Assembly: GCA_964473995.1 (NCBI GenBank)
Contig: CAYYRB010000007.1
Coordinates: 5,605-60,449 of the forward strand
DNA length: 54,845 nucleotides
Reading direction: 5' to 3'
Source: an uncultured Candidatus Competibacteraceae bacterium
Lineage (GTDB): Bacteria > Bacteroidota > Bacteroidia > CAIKAF01
The position numbers and the translations under genes were made by a program. Within the stretch, counting starts at the first letter, position 1. Each line of letters opens with the position of its first letter. The notes beneath the pieces were generated by a model. The model worked only from the letters and a program-made list of their open reading frames with translations. It did no database searches and had not been told where the DNA came from. This document shows, piece by piece, positions 1-9,333 of this stretch.

Positions 1-2731
1 ATTTAATTTCCGCCTCCCTTTTTTTCAGGAATTTCTTGGCCAAACCCATATTCCAAAGAAAGAAATTTTGATTAAACCCTTGGGATAAACCCGTAAAATA
101 TTGGTGTGTCAAATCACCCGTTATAACAATTCCTTTCCAGACGTCCCAGTAGATTTTTGCGCGAGAAGTCTGGTTGATAAAATTAGAATTCAAATTGCGT
201 TGCAATGTATTGGAAACATAAGTCATGTTGGTAGTGGAACTGACGGTAAAATCAATATTCTTGCTGATGTTACTGCTGAGACTTATTCCTATGTTTCCGG
301 AAGGAGAATGAGAATAGTTCAAATTGTCATTTATAAGCCCCGGAGTGCGCGTGTAATTGACTCCAGCATTCACATTCAGGTTACACTTTATTTTGTTGAT
401 CGGAAATCCGTAGTTAACGAAAGAACGTAAATTCACGTAACCTTGCAAATTGACAGGACGGCTGATCTGAGAACCCTTGCGAAGAAACACTTCATTATAA
501 ACCAACGTATCGGAGGAGGCAATTAACGTAGAGTTGGCCGCATAATTCGAAATGATCTGCGCATTCAGCATGGCAAAAAATACATGCGACTTAGCCGTAT
601 TGGTGGCGTTATAACGTACCGTGAGAAATTGTGAAAAATCCTGCTTCAATTGGGGATTTCCAGTTGATAAAAGAATCGGATTCGCATTATTGACGACTTC
701 CTGAAAACGATCCACTGCCGGAATGTTATTTGATGCCCGGTAACGGATTGTTATATTTTTCTGCTCGGTAAATTTATATCGAAAAAAAAGCGACGGTAAA
801 ACCGAATGAAACTGCCGGGAAAACTGACCTGGCTCACGTATAAAATCACGGTTCTGCAGTATGGCCCACTGATAGGAAGCATTCACCGAAAGAATGGTTT
901 TTTTATCATTAAAACGATATCCGAATCCTGCTCCCTGGGTATGGTATTGCGAAGAAAAGGTGTTGCTCAGTAGGGAATCGAGCCGGGTGTAATCCTTATC
1001 TGCCGGATTATACCGAAAAGTGGAACGGTCGGCATAACTCTGACGGAAATTTCCCGAGTAATTGGCATTAAGGCTGTGTCCCTTAGCAATCGACTCATTG
1101 AACACCAAACGCCCACCCACGTTGTATCCGTCGCCAAATAAATTCCCCTGCTGATCCAGCGAATCAGCGAGCAGGGTATCACCAAAAAAACGGTTTTGTG
1201 AAAACAAGGCATTATTACCGGAATTGCGGTTATACCCGTTGGTTGCCGTTATAGAAAAAGTTCTTCCCGGCTTTTTAAAGCGATGCCGATAGGTCAACTC
1301 GTTCGAAAAATTAACCGCCCACAAATCAGATACGAAATCACTGCGGGTATCATTCCTGAGCAAAGATCCATTTCGGGTTTCTCCTGAAAAAACACTCGTT
1401 CCATTATTGATCTGAGCACTCAGGCGCGGACTTATGACCAATACGTTAAATGAGTCCACTTCATATTCAAGACGGAAATTGAAACGATGATTCATATTCT
1501 GAGATCCGTTGTCTGAATCTTCCCTATAAACATTGCCTGAGTCAGCGCTCTGCAAAAAATTACGCACCATATCTTGCCTGGCATCCGTATTTCCCCAATT
1601 AAAAAAATAACTGCCCGTCACTTTTATTTTCTTGCCCCATTTATCGGAATAATTGACACCTGCCGCCCGTGTATCGGTAATGCCGTTGCGCGTATTCACC
1701 AAGAAATCGGCGCCGTCATTCCCCATGGAGCTACCTCGGCTTCCGCCACTACCTCCTCCCTGACGCCTTCCGCCACCACCCGAAAAACCGCCTGATGAAG
1801 AGGTCATTACCCCCGTCAGGTCTTCGGGAGAGAAATTTTGTTTATTGATGTTATTCACCTGTGTAATTACGGTTATTCGCCGGTCACCATCGAAATAATT
1901 GAGGTTACCGCCCACATCAAAACGGTTTTTGTACCCATAACCGGCATAAACCCTTCCGAATAAACCATCGCGTGTGTCCTGTTTGGTCACGATATTGATG
2001 GTTTTTTGGATATTCCCGTCGTCTACCCCGCTGAAGCGAGCCTGATCACTGAGCTGATCGAATACCTGTACCTTTTCAATGATATCGGCAGGCAAATTTT
2101 TGAGCGCTGCATTGATATCGTTTCCGAAAAAGGGTTTTCCATCGACCAAAATCTGCTTCACATCCTCGCCTTGCGCCTGCACTTTTCCATTCTCGGTGGT
2201 GATGCCGGGCATTTTATTCACTAAATCTTCTGCCTGGGCATCGGGATTCGTTTTGAATGCGGCCGCATTGAACGAAGTTGTATCGCCATTTTGAACCGAT
2301 TGAACGACCTGCCCTTCCACCTGAACGGCATTAAGCGTTTTATCTTGAGCCGACAGCTTAAGTATGCCCAAATCGAAACCTGTTTCACTTACTTTTATTT
2401 TCTTTTTGAAAGTTTTGTAACCCAAAAACGAAATTTTTAACCGGTAATTCCCAAGCTGATTCACTTTTACTGAAAATCGTCCGTCTGCATCGGTCACACC
2501 CCCTATCACCGATGAATCAGCAAAAAAAAGCATGGTCACGTTTGCCGCCGGCAGAGGAGCTGATGAAAGGGAATCCACCACCGTACCCCGCACAACAAAT
2601 TCATTTTGCGCTTGAAGAGGTGCCAAAATACACCCTAAAAAAAGAAGAGGTAGAACGTATTTTATAACAGATCTTACGAGCTGCTTTTTTCTTTTTTGAC
2701 TATGCACGTGGGTATATTTATTATTTTTCAT
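1..2731 (-). CDS. Outer-membrane beta-barrel receptor (CarboxypepD_reg-like N-terminus plus plug-like region; TonB-dependent-receptor-like / OMP_b-brl_3 type), 3' end off the window
   Basis: Absent from the ORF track because no stop lies in the window. Hand translation of the minus strand from ATG 2731..2729 gives MKNNKYTHVHSQKRKKQLVRSVIKYVLPLLFLGCILAPLQAQNEFVVRGTVVDSLSSAPLPAANV...GNYRLKISFLGYKTFKK...FKTNPDAQAEDLVNKMPGIT...ILVDGKPFFGND. The frame must stay open to position 1, since any stop would have produced a listed ORF. The last residues read LWNMGLAKKFLKKREAEIK. It starts 29 nt downstream of the preceding gene. Confidence 0.8.
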   Translation of the reverse strand, partial: MKNNKYTHVHSQKRKKQLVRSVIKYVLPLLFLGCILAPLQAQNEFVVRGTVVDSLSSAPLPAANVTMLFFADSSVIGGVTDADGRFSVKVNQLGNYRLKISFLGYKTFKKKIKVSETGFDLGILKLSAQDKTLNAVQVEGQVVQSVQNGDTTSFNAAAFKTNPDAQAEDLVNKMPGITTENGKVQAQGEDVKQILVDGKPFFGNDINAALKNLPADIIEKVQVFDQLSDQARFSGVDDGNIQKTINIVTKQDTRDGLFGRVYAGYGYKNRFDVGGNLNYFDGDRRITVITQVNNINKQNFSPEDLTGVMTSSSGGFSGGGGRRQGGGSGGSRGSSMGNDGADFLVNTRNGITDTRAAGVNYSDKWGKKIKVTGSYFFNWGNTDARQDMVRNFLQSADSGNVYREDSDNGSQNMNHRFNFRLEYEVDSFNVLVISPRLSAQINNGTSVFSGETRNGSLLRNDTRSDFVSDLWAVNFSNELTYRHRFKKPGRTFSITATNGYNRNSGNNALFSQNRFFGDTLLADSLDQQGNLFGDGYNVGGRLVFNESIAKGHSLNANYSGNFRQSYADRSTFRYNPADKDYTRLDSLLSNTFSSQYHTQGAGFGYRFNDKKTILSVNASYQWAILQNRDFIREPGQFSRQFHSVLPSLFFRYKFTEQKNITIRYRASNNIPAVDRFQEVVNNANPILLSTGNPQLKQDFSQFLTVRYNATNTAKSHVFFAMLNAQIISNYAANSTLIASSDTLVYNEVFLRKGSQISRPVNLQGYVNLRSFVNYGFPINKIKCNLNVNAGVNYTRTPGLINDNLNYSHSPSGNIGISLSSNISKNIDFTVSSTTNMTYVSNTLQRNLNSNFINQTSRAKIYWDVWKGIVITGDLTHQYFTGLSQGFNQNFFLWNMGLAKKFLKKREAEIK

Positions 2732-2760
2732 GAACACCTGATATTTGGCAAATGAACCCC

Positions 2761-4626
2761 TCAGGGCTTCACTAACTTTTTCATCATCAGCGTTTTACCC
2801 GCCATTTCCATAGATACGGAATAGATTCCCGAACTCAGTGTATTGGTATTAAACGTGAGTATATTCTTTCCCTTTTGGCAATTCCTTTCCAGTATCACAT
2901 CAACCAGCCTACCGTTAATATCCATCAGTACAAAGCGGACTTCACCCGACTCGGGAATCTGAAAATCAATGTGCATCCACTGATCCGCCGGATTGGGAAA
3001 AACCTGCAAGTCGGCAAACGGGATATTTTCGTACTCATTTACATCTGCGTTATACGAACCGATTTTTACGGCATGGCAGCCATACGCATTCCCTTTACCG
3101 TAAATACCTTCCACCCAAACCACACCGGGCACCGACCAAAGTCGCTGAGATCCGCTGTAGTCACCCCAGCGCTGCTCTGTCTGCGAAAGACGGTCGATGT
3201 AGGTAAGTCCCTCCTTCAGCGGCAGAACATCCGAATGGGAGGAACCGTCATAATACAAGGCCGAAAAACCGGGAAACCGGTTAGGCCCGGAATGGTTGAA
3301 CGAAATAAGGGAGGCATGCCCGCCGATTCCCGGTTCCACATAAGTAATATTGGGATAACCGAAATCCAAAGAATCTATGCTGATTAACGTACCCGAAACG
3401 GAATAATTCCCTGACCCTAATCCGGTTATTTTTCCATGATAAATGGCGGCATTCCCATTCAACGTATCTACGGAATTGGAGACGAATTGTATTTCATCAC
3501 CTTCCAGAAAAGCGCCAAGTACCCGGCCATCGTTTGTAGCCAAGGTTTTTGAGGTATTTTTTTGACGTCCGCTGGGAGCCGCACCATACGGTAAATCCGA
3601 AAGAGCGTGCGTAATGGACAACGAACACGCGGGCGACCCGATTTCACCATTGATTTTCACGATGAAAATACTGTCGTTTTGTACCGCAAAATTCCGATTC
3701 GACAAAAACAGCTGTTCCGGACCTTTGAGAGAACCTCCACCCTTTACCGGATGCAGATTTCGAATGGGCCTTCCCACGTAATCAATATCGGACCACAGAT
3801 TCATCAAGAGCGAATCGCCTGAATACCCTGAAGCTTTGTTTATTTGGTAGATGATGGTTTGGCTGAATCCCGTCTGCCAGCTGGAGTTATAACGCAGTTG
3901 ATTACCGGTTAGGAAAAATTCATTTTCGGTAATGGCTATGGCCGGATAATCGAACCAGGTAGAGTCGGCAAAAGGATTGCCGGAAAGTTTGTACAGATTC
4001 CACTCCCCCGCGGGATCAGCTGTTTGACTGAAAGCCAAGACCAAATTACTGTATTGGTTGGTTCCGCTTAATACAACCGCAATAAACCGATTGGAGAGAG
4101 GATCAAACATCACCTTCGGATCAAAGCGGTATCCGTTTATGGTACTCAAGCCCAATCCATTCGTGAATCCCGAAAGACTTTTGTTGTAAAGCAGAGAACC
4201 CGAATCGGCCTGATAAACATAAATGCTGGAGTTGATGACGGAGGTAAGCCGTCCTGAATCGGACACGGCGAGATAATTGTCAGGTGGAATACCCGTCCCG
4301 CCGTGAACATCATATGCCGCCATGACCTGAGGCACCGGAACCAAGGATTTTTCATACGCCTTACCCGCTTTTCTAGGATAGCGGGCGGCAGATTCTATTT
4401 TGATTGTTTTCAGCAGAACTTTGTCAGAATTCCCCCCGGGGAATGGAGCCTCATCTAAATAAACGGAGGCCATGTAATCATCAGGCACATCAGCCAATTT
4501 TACCTGACCTGAAAGTGCAACCCTTTGGTAAACTGCCGCAGGGGTTTGAGCCCGAAGCTCAATGACGGAAAAAAGCAGAAAGAGCGCTGAAAAATAACTT
4601 CTCATGAAACGAAGGTACGATTTCAA
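2761..4626 (-). CDS. Secreted protein of unknown function with T9SS (Por) C-terminal sorting domain
   Basis: Signal peptide MKSYLRFMRSYFSALFLLFSVIELRAQ. The C-terminal ~80 aa (LQVFPNPADQWMHIDF...VRFVLMDINGRLV...SGIYSVSMEMAGKTLMMKKLVK) fits the type-A T9SS sorting-domain pattern. I recognise no motif in the body. Confidence 0.8.
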   Translation of the reverse strand: MKSYLRFMRSYFSALFLLFSVIELRAQTPAAVYQRVALSGQVKLADVPDDYMASVYLDEAPFPGGNSDKVLLKTIKIESAARYPRKAGKAYEKSLVPVPQVMAAYDVHGGTGIPPDNYLAVSDSGRLTSVINSSIYVYQADSGSLLYNKSLSGFTNGLGLSTINGYRFDPKVMFDPLSNRFIAVVLSGTNQYSNLVLAFSQTADPAGEWNLYKLSGNPFADSTWFDYPAIAITENEFFLTGNQLRYNSSWQTGFSQTIIYQINKASGYSGDSLLMNLWSDIDYVGRPIRNLHPVKGGGSLKGPEQLFLSNRNFAVQNDSIFIVKINGEIGSPACSLSITHALSDLPYGAAPSGRQKNTSKTLATNDGRVLGAFLEGDEIQFVSNSVDTLNGNAAIYHGKITGLGSGNYSVSGTLISIDSLDFGYPNITYVEPGIGGHASLISFNHSGPNRFPGFSALYYDGSSHSDVLPLKEGLTYIDRLSQTEQRWGDYSGSQRLWSVPGVVWVEGIYGKGNAYGCHAVKIGSYNADVNEYENIPFADLQVFPNPADQWMHIDFQIPESGEVRFVLMDINGRLVDVILERNCQKGKNILTFNTNTLSSGIYSVSMEMAGKTLMMKKLVKP

Positions 4627-4710
4627 TGAAAAGTATCAAAGAAGGAAGATAGACATCAATTATAAGACAGAAGCAGGTCAATGTATCTCAGACATTAGCC
4701 AGAGCGATCA

Positions 4711-4775
4711 GAACAATTGAAGAATCAAACAATAGGAACATCAGACCCCTACCCCACTATCCTTTCAACACGCTC
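4711..4775 (+). repeat. A/C-rich dispersed repeat module, copy 1
   Basis: gaacaattgaagaatcaaacaataggaacatcagacccctaccccactatcctttcaacac. It shares the 12-nt core gaatcaaacaat (4722-4733), then aacatca, cccct, cccc and ccttt in the same order as copy 2. It overlaps the last codons of the Fic gene. Confidence 0.5.
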
Positions 4776-5809
4776 AGGTATCTCGCCAGCCCTTCGGCCT
4801 CCGTTTCGGCAATCAGAAGAAAAAAGTCTGTTTTATCACCTGTGGTTTGACTCTTTTCCAAAGCCTCATAGTAGCGCAGACGGCTTCTGGCATCACCCTT
4901 CAAGTTGGCTATCACATAGCCATGCTTCAGAAGAAGAAGATTCATGAGAAGGCGTGAGGTACGGCCGTTTCCATCGATAAACGGGTGGATGGTGACCAGC
5001 CTTTCGTGCATTTCGGCAGCCAAAACCAAAGGATGCATACGGAAAGCATGCTCCTGATACCAAAAGAGAAAATCCTCCATCTGCTTGGGCACCAGGTAAG
5101 GCTGAGGAGGCACATGGGTGCTCCCCTGAATCAGCACCTGTACATGCCGGTATTTACCTGCCATGGAGGGGTCTATCCCTCGAAGAACAAGGTTGTGCAA
5201 TGACAAAATTGCCCGCTCCGTGATGGGAGTGTCTTTTTCCACAAGTTGTTTCACAAACTCTACGGCATCTTTATGATTTATGGCCTCCAGATGCTCCCGC
5301 ATGGATTTGCCTGAAATGGTCATGCCCTCATTAACCACCAAATCCGTTTCTCGGAGGGTGAGGGTATTGCCTTCAATCCGGTTGCTTTCGTAAGTGTATT
5401 CCAGCTCCAGGGCCTGGGCAACACGATGGCTGTCCTGATGGCGGAATTTATCCAACTCACCCTTAAGGCGGTCTATCTTTCTCAATAGCTTAGTTAGGCC
5501 TGCGCCATACTTAACTGCACCTGAAACTGATTTTCGGTAGCGAATTTCCTCCTCGGCCAATTTAAGCACGTCCATGGCCAACGGTTCGGCGTACAAGTCA
5601 CGGACGATACCATCCTTCAGCCATTCTACCAAAAGCATATCGAAAGGAATTTCAAGAACCTGGGCCAGCTTTCCCAACTGAATACGGGTAGGTCTTCGGG
5701 AACCGCTTTCAAACTTACTCACTAAGGCTTGATCTACCCCTATGGCTTGTGCAAGTTCACGAATGAGCATCCCCTTGGCCTCACGGTGGATTTTAATTAG
5801 CGATTTCAT
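4757..5809 (-). CDS. Fic-family AMPylase-type protein with N-terminal XRE-type HTH domain
   Basis: Canonical Fic motif HPFIDGNGRTSR. Inhibitory-helix motif (S/T)xxxE(G/N) is present as SNRIEG upstream of the Fic core (class II). N-terminal HTH: LIRELAQAIGVDQALVSKFESGSRRPTRIQLGKLAQVL. I prefer ATG 5809 (MKSLIKIHREAKG...); the track ORF extends to a GTG at 5857. Confidence 0.85.
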   Translation of the reverse strand: MKSLIKIHREAKGMLIRELAQAIGVDQALVSKFESGSRRPTRIQLGKLAQVLEIPFDMLLVEWLKDGIVRDLYAEPLAMDVLKLAEEEIRYRKSVSGAVKYGAGLTKLLRKIDRLKGELDKFRHQDSHRVAQALELEYTYESNRIEGNTLTLRETDLVVNEGMTISGKSMREHLEAINHKDAVEFVKQLVEKDTPITERAILSLHNLVLRGIDPSMAGKYRHVQVLIQGSTHVPPQPYLVPKQMEDFLFWYQEHAFRMHPLVLAAEMHERLVTIHPFIDGNGRTSRLLMNLLLLKHGYVIANLKGDARSRLRYYEALEKSQTTGDKTDFFLLIAETEAEGLARYLSVLKG

Positions 5810-5829
5810 TTTGCCATTTTTGTTCTTGA

Positions 5830-5837
5830 CAAATTTA
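5830..5837 (-). promoter_or_regulatory. Candidate Bacteroidota -7 box (TAAATTTG) for the Fic gene
   Basis: Minus-strand TAAATTTG matches TAnnTTTG, with 20 nt between the box and ATG 5809. I saw no clean -33 TTG. Confidence 0.3.
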
Positions 5838-6136
5838 GTCATTTTTATAAAGAACACTACACCCGAAAAAAAATCAAAGAAATAAAAGAAAAAAGGGGAT
5901 CTGGATTTTGGCAGGTTGCTTTATTTTTACAAAGCTGACAATAGACGAAAAGTAATAGGCATTTCGCATTGAGTATTTAGACAAAACAATAAATGGTAGC
6001 GGCTGGCAAAAATTTGGATTGTTAAGAATACATTTTAAAAACCACCAACAATTAAAGTCTAGGTCATCGGCTCTTGCTTCTTTGCTCTCGCATTTCGATT
6101 CCGAAATGGATCGTAGGGAAAGGAAACAAAATGACA

Positions 6137-6200
6137 GATAACAAAACGGAATCAAACAATCGAACATCAAAAACACCCCTTCCCCCTTACCTTTGCCCAC
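6137..6200 (+). repeat. A/C-rich dispersed repeat module, copy 2 (directly abuts the ABC-F start codon)
   Basis: gataacaaaacggaatcaaacaatcgaacatcaaaaacaccccttcccccttacctttgcccac. The core gaatcaaacaat lies at 6149-6160. The C/T heptamers ccttccc|ccttacc|tttgccc lie at 6178-6198. Confidence 0.5.
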
Positions 6201-8072
6201 ATGAATTACCTGCAGGCAGAAAACATTTCCAAATCCTTCGGCGCCCGTCTCATTTTCGAAAATATATCCTTCGGTATTGAAAAAGGTCAAAAAATGGCCC
6301 TGATTGCGCCGAACGGAACCGGGAAAAGTACCCTTATGAAAATTTTGGCAGGTTTGGACACACCCGATTCGGGACGCGTTACAGCAAACAAAGCAGCCCG
6401 TATAGCCTATCTGCCTCAAGATCCGCCCATCTCCCCCGGGAAAACGGTTTGGGAAGCCATCTTTGAAACCGAACAGGAAAACATCCGCGTCATTCAGGAA
6501 TATGAACAAGCCCTGGCATCAGACGATAAAGCAGCACTGGAAAGGGCACTCTCCCGCATGGAGGAACTGGGGGCCTGGGATATGGAACACAAAATTACCG
6601 AGGTACTCGGGCAACTGAAAATTTTCGACAAACAGGCCCTTACCGACTCCCTCTCCGGCGGACAGAAAAAACGCGTTGGATTGGCCAAAATATTGCTCTC
6701 CGAGCCCGACCTCCTCATCCTCGATGAACCCACGAACCATCTGGACATTGAGATGATTGAATGGTTGGAAAAAATACTGGCACCTGATCAGCTCACCCTG
6801 CTCATGGTTACGCACGACCGCTATTTTTTGGATGCCGTGTGCGATACGATTCTGGAAATGGACAATAATCGCCTGTATACCTACAAAGGAAATTTTGCGT
6901 ATTTCTTGGAAAAGAAAACCGAACGGCACGAGGCGGAACAAAGCGAGCTCGAAAGCAACCTGAACGTGCTGCGCCGCGAAACGGAATGGATTCGGCAAAC
7001 ACCACAGGCCCGCACGGGCAAATCCAAATCGCGGATAGACGCCTACCGCCGCCTGAAAGACAAAACAACCGTGCGTAGGCAGGACCGCAAAATAGACCTG
7101 GAACCCGAGATGCAGCGAATGGGAGGTAAAATCGCGGAACTCCTGAAAGTGAGCAAACACTTTGGAGAAAAGCAAGTACTGAACGGATTTTCCTATTCCT
7201 TCAAAAAAGGAGAACGAATTGCCGTGGTGGGACGCAACGGCGCGGGTAAAAGTACGTTGCTCAACCTACTCACGGGAAAAACAGCACCCGACTCTGGAAA
7301 AGTAATCGTGGGTGAAACCATACAATTCGGCTACTACACGCAGGACGGCATACGGTTTAAAGAAGGAGAACGCGTCATAGAGCACGTGCGAAACATTGCC
7401 GAATATGCTGATTACGGAAAAAGTGGAAAACTCACCGCCGCGCAACTCCTTACCAAATTTGACTTTCCTCCTGACAGGCAATACACCCCGATTGAAAAGC
7501 TGAGCGGTGGCGAAAAACGCAGGTTGCATCTGCTTTCCTTGCTCATCGCGGCACCCAATTTTCTCATTCTCGATGAGCCCACAAACGATCTGGATATTTT
7601 AACCCTGAGTAAACTGGAAGATTTCCTGCTGCACTTTCCGGGCTGCCTCATCGTGGTAAGTCACGACCGCTATTTCATGGACAAAATCGCCGACCAGACG
7701 TTTGTATTTGAAGGAAACGGCGAGGTGCGTGTACATATCGGGAATTACACCGATTACCGTGCCGAAAAAGAGGCCGATGAAGCCGCCGGAAAAGAACAGG
7801 CAAAAACCCCAAAGACTGATGTAAAAAAAATCGAACTGCCTAAAAAGGAACGTATCGGAATGACTTTCAAAGAAAAGTACGAATACGAGCACATTGAAGC
7901 TGAAATTGCCGAATTGGAAAGCCGCAAGACCCAACTGGAAAAAGAGCTGCAACTATCCCTGACGGATGCGGAAAAATTGAGCCTCATTTCTGCGGAGCTG
8001 GGCTCCTTGATAAGTAAAATAGACGAACGCACGTTGCGCTGGATGGAGTTGGAGGAAAAAGCCGGAAAATAA
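6201..8072 (+). CDS. ABC-F family ATPase (Uup/YheS-like; no transmembrane domain)
   Basis: Two nucleotide-binding domains with Walker A (PNGTGKST, GRNGAGKST) and signature (LSGGQKKR, LSGGEKRR) motifs. It has an inter-domain linker and a K/E-rich coiled-coil tail. Confidence 0.9.
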   Translation: MNYLQAENISKSFGARLIFENISFGIEKGQKMALIAPNGTGKSTLMKILAGLDTPDSGRVTANKAARIAYLPQDPPISPGKTVWEAIFETEQENIRVIQEYEQALASDDKAALERALSRMEELGAWDMEHKITEVLGQLKIFDKQALTDSLSGGQKKRVGLAKILLSEPDLLILDEPTNHLDIEMIEWLEKILAPDQLTLLMVTHDRYFLDAVCDTILEMDNNRLYTYKGNFAYFLEKKTERHEAEQSELESNLNVLRRETEWIRQTPQARTGKSKSRIDAYRRLKDKTTVRRQDRKIDLEPEMQRMGGKIAELLKVSKHFGEKQVLNGFSYSFKKGERIAVVGRNGAGKSTLLNLLTGKTAPDSGKVIVGETIQFGYYTQDGIRFKEGERVIEHVRNIAEYADYGKSGKLTAAQLLTKFDFPPDRQYTPIEKLSGGEKRRLHLLSLLIAAPNFLILDEPTNDLDILTLSKLEDFLLHFPGCLIVVSHDRYFMDKIADQTFVFEGNGEVRVHIGNYTDYRAEKEADEAAGKEQAKTPKTDVKKIELPKKERIGMTFKEKYEYEHIEAEIAELESRKTQLEKELQLSLTDAEKLSLISAELGSLISKIDERTLRWMELEEKAGK

Positions 8073-8080
8073 CGGTAACC

Positions 8081-9232
8081 TTATTGCAGCTTGGAGCGAA
8101 AAACCAACGTACGGCCTGCCGCCGAGGTGCGGTAAAACTCCAACCAGCGCCCCCCGTCGGCATATACATGAACCAACCCATACCCGTTGCCGGCAAAACC
8201 GAAATCCAAATACTTCTTGCGGACCACATGCGATATTTTGGAGGCCGAGCCGCTGGTAATGTAGTTAACACCTTTTTTACGGATAAGCTGCAAAGAATGG
8301 TCATGACCATTCACATACACCAACCCCGGATGCGTTTCAAAAATTCCCTCGAATGCCTTTACCATGCGCCTGTAGTGTTTATTTTGCGTGTCCTGAATAT
8401 AACGGGCACTTTTTCTCGCGAACACGTAAATTCCTCCCAGAATGGGCATGGGAATCCACCATTTGCGATTGAACTCAAGCAGCGGAAACAAATGGGATCT
8501 AAGGGGATATTTACCGCCGTGCGGACCGCATGTTTCCATGGGATGATGCGCCGCCACAAACACCGTTTTCCCGACATGTTTGGCCAATTCCCCTTTTAAT
8601 GAGGCCACCATTTCATCTTCACTTACCACACCGCACAGGTCTTTATTTTCAGGTTTTTCATACTGATGCAGCCACCATTGCGTATCCAACAGAAGCAGTA
8701 CCGAATTGGGTGAAAGCTCCACGGTAGCCGGTCCGGGGCAGGCGCTGTCCGGAAAATAGATATTGCCCCTGTTGGATGTTTCCTCCACAAACCGCTCCTG
8801 ATTCAGGCGTTTTTCCAAGCCCGAGGAATGGCCGTCATCCCAATCATGATTACCCGCCACCCAAAACACGCGACCCTCATATTTATCATACACGGAAATT
8901 TGCTCACGGAGAACCTGTTCAAAGGTTTTTCGCATTGGATCCTCCTTTCCGGGAAGTCCCGAGGGATAAATGTTATCTCCCAAAAAAATCAGAGCCGAAC
9001 GGGCATCCGAGGAATCCAAATGGTTTTTAAGCGCCTTCAGATACGAATCGGTTCCATCGGGCATTGGTTCGCCCCCGTCGCCCGAAAGGAACACCGAAAA
9101 CTCCGGAAGCGTGGACGGCGGCGTTTTACTCTGCCAATCTGCATACCGGGGATTCACCCAAGGCTCATAGGCCCCACAGGAAAAAAAACCCGTAATAAAC
9201 AAAGTCCATAAAAGTCGCCACTGATTTTTCAT
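8081..9232 (-). CDS. Calcineurin-like metallophosphoesterase, probable lipoprotein
   Basis: Motifs GDNIYPSG, GNHDW, AAHHP and NGHDH. ATG 9232 gives the lipoprotein-type signal MKNQWRLLWTLFITGFFSCG. The track start at 9331 adds 33 residues with no signal. Confidence 0.8.
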   Translation of the reverse strand: MKNQWRLLWTLFITGFFSCGAYEPWVNPRYADWQSKTPPSTLPEFSVFLSGDGGEPMPDGTDSYLKALKNHLDSSDARSALIFLGDNIYPSGLPGKEDPMRKTFEQVLREQISVYDKYEGRVFWVAGNHDWDDGHSSGLEKRLNQERFVEETSNRGNIYFPDSACPGPATVELSPNSVLLLLDTQWWLHQYEKPENKDLCGVVSEDEMVASLKGELAKHVGKTVFVAAHHPMETCGPHGGKYPLRSHLFPLLEFNRKWWIPMPILGGIYVFARKSARYIQDTQNKHYRRMVKAFEGIFETHPGLVYVNGHDHSLQLIRKKGVNYITSGSASKISHVVRKKYLDFGFAGNGYGLVHVYADGGRWLEFYRTSAAGRTLVFRSKLQ

Positions 9233-9333
9233 GGCATAAAGATAGTACCCCGGGCCTTGCCGCATGACGAAATAGGAACTAATATCAGTACGGCCTATTT
9301 TAGTTACTTTGCGAAGCAAATTGAAGAACAAAC

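Noticed and set aside
101-2294. Short track ORFs (101-430, 967-1212, 1574-1795, 2006-2294) in a region with no long listed ORF
   Set aside because: The region is fully explained by the minus-strand outer-membrane receptor gene, which runs off the window and is therefore missing from the track.
4711-6200. Fic gene as a bona fide mobile cassette with attL/attR
   Set aside because: There is no integrase, transposase or terminal inverted repeats. The flanking repeats are imperfect, and a related copy occurs at 54.6 kb in an unrelated context. I kept it only as a hypothesis in the findings.
5874-6509. 211-aa minus-strand ORF spanning the Fic/ABC-F spacer and the ABC-F 5' end
   Set aside because: The translation is low-complexity and Cys/Phe-rich. 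It overlaps a well-supported ABC-F gene and the repeat module, so it is most likely a spurious shadow ORF.
8081-9331. Long N-terminal extensions in the ORF track for several genes (8081-9331, 12479-13312, 22696-23058, 25977-27233, 27202-28104, 32425-33852, 34775-35647, 42221-42703, 44060-45049, 47844-49190, 51460-54126)
   Set aside because: The extensions start at TTG/GTG or overlap upstream genes. They precede internal ATGs that give proper signal peptides, lipoboxes or conserved N-termini, so I used the shorter models.
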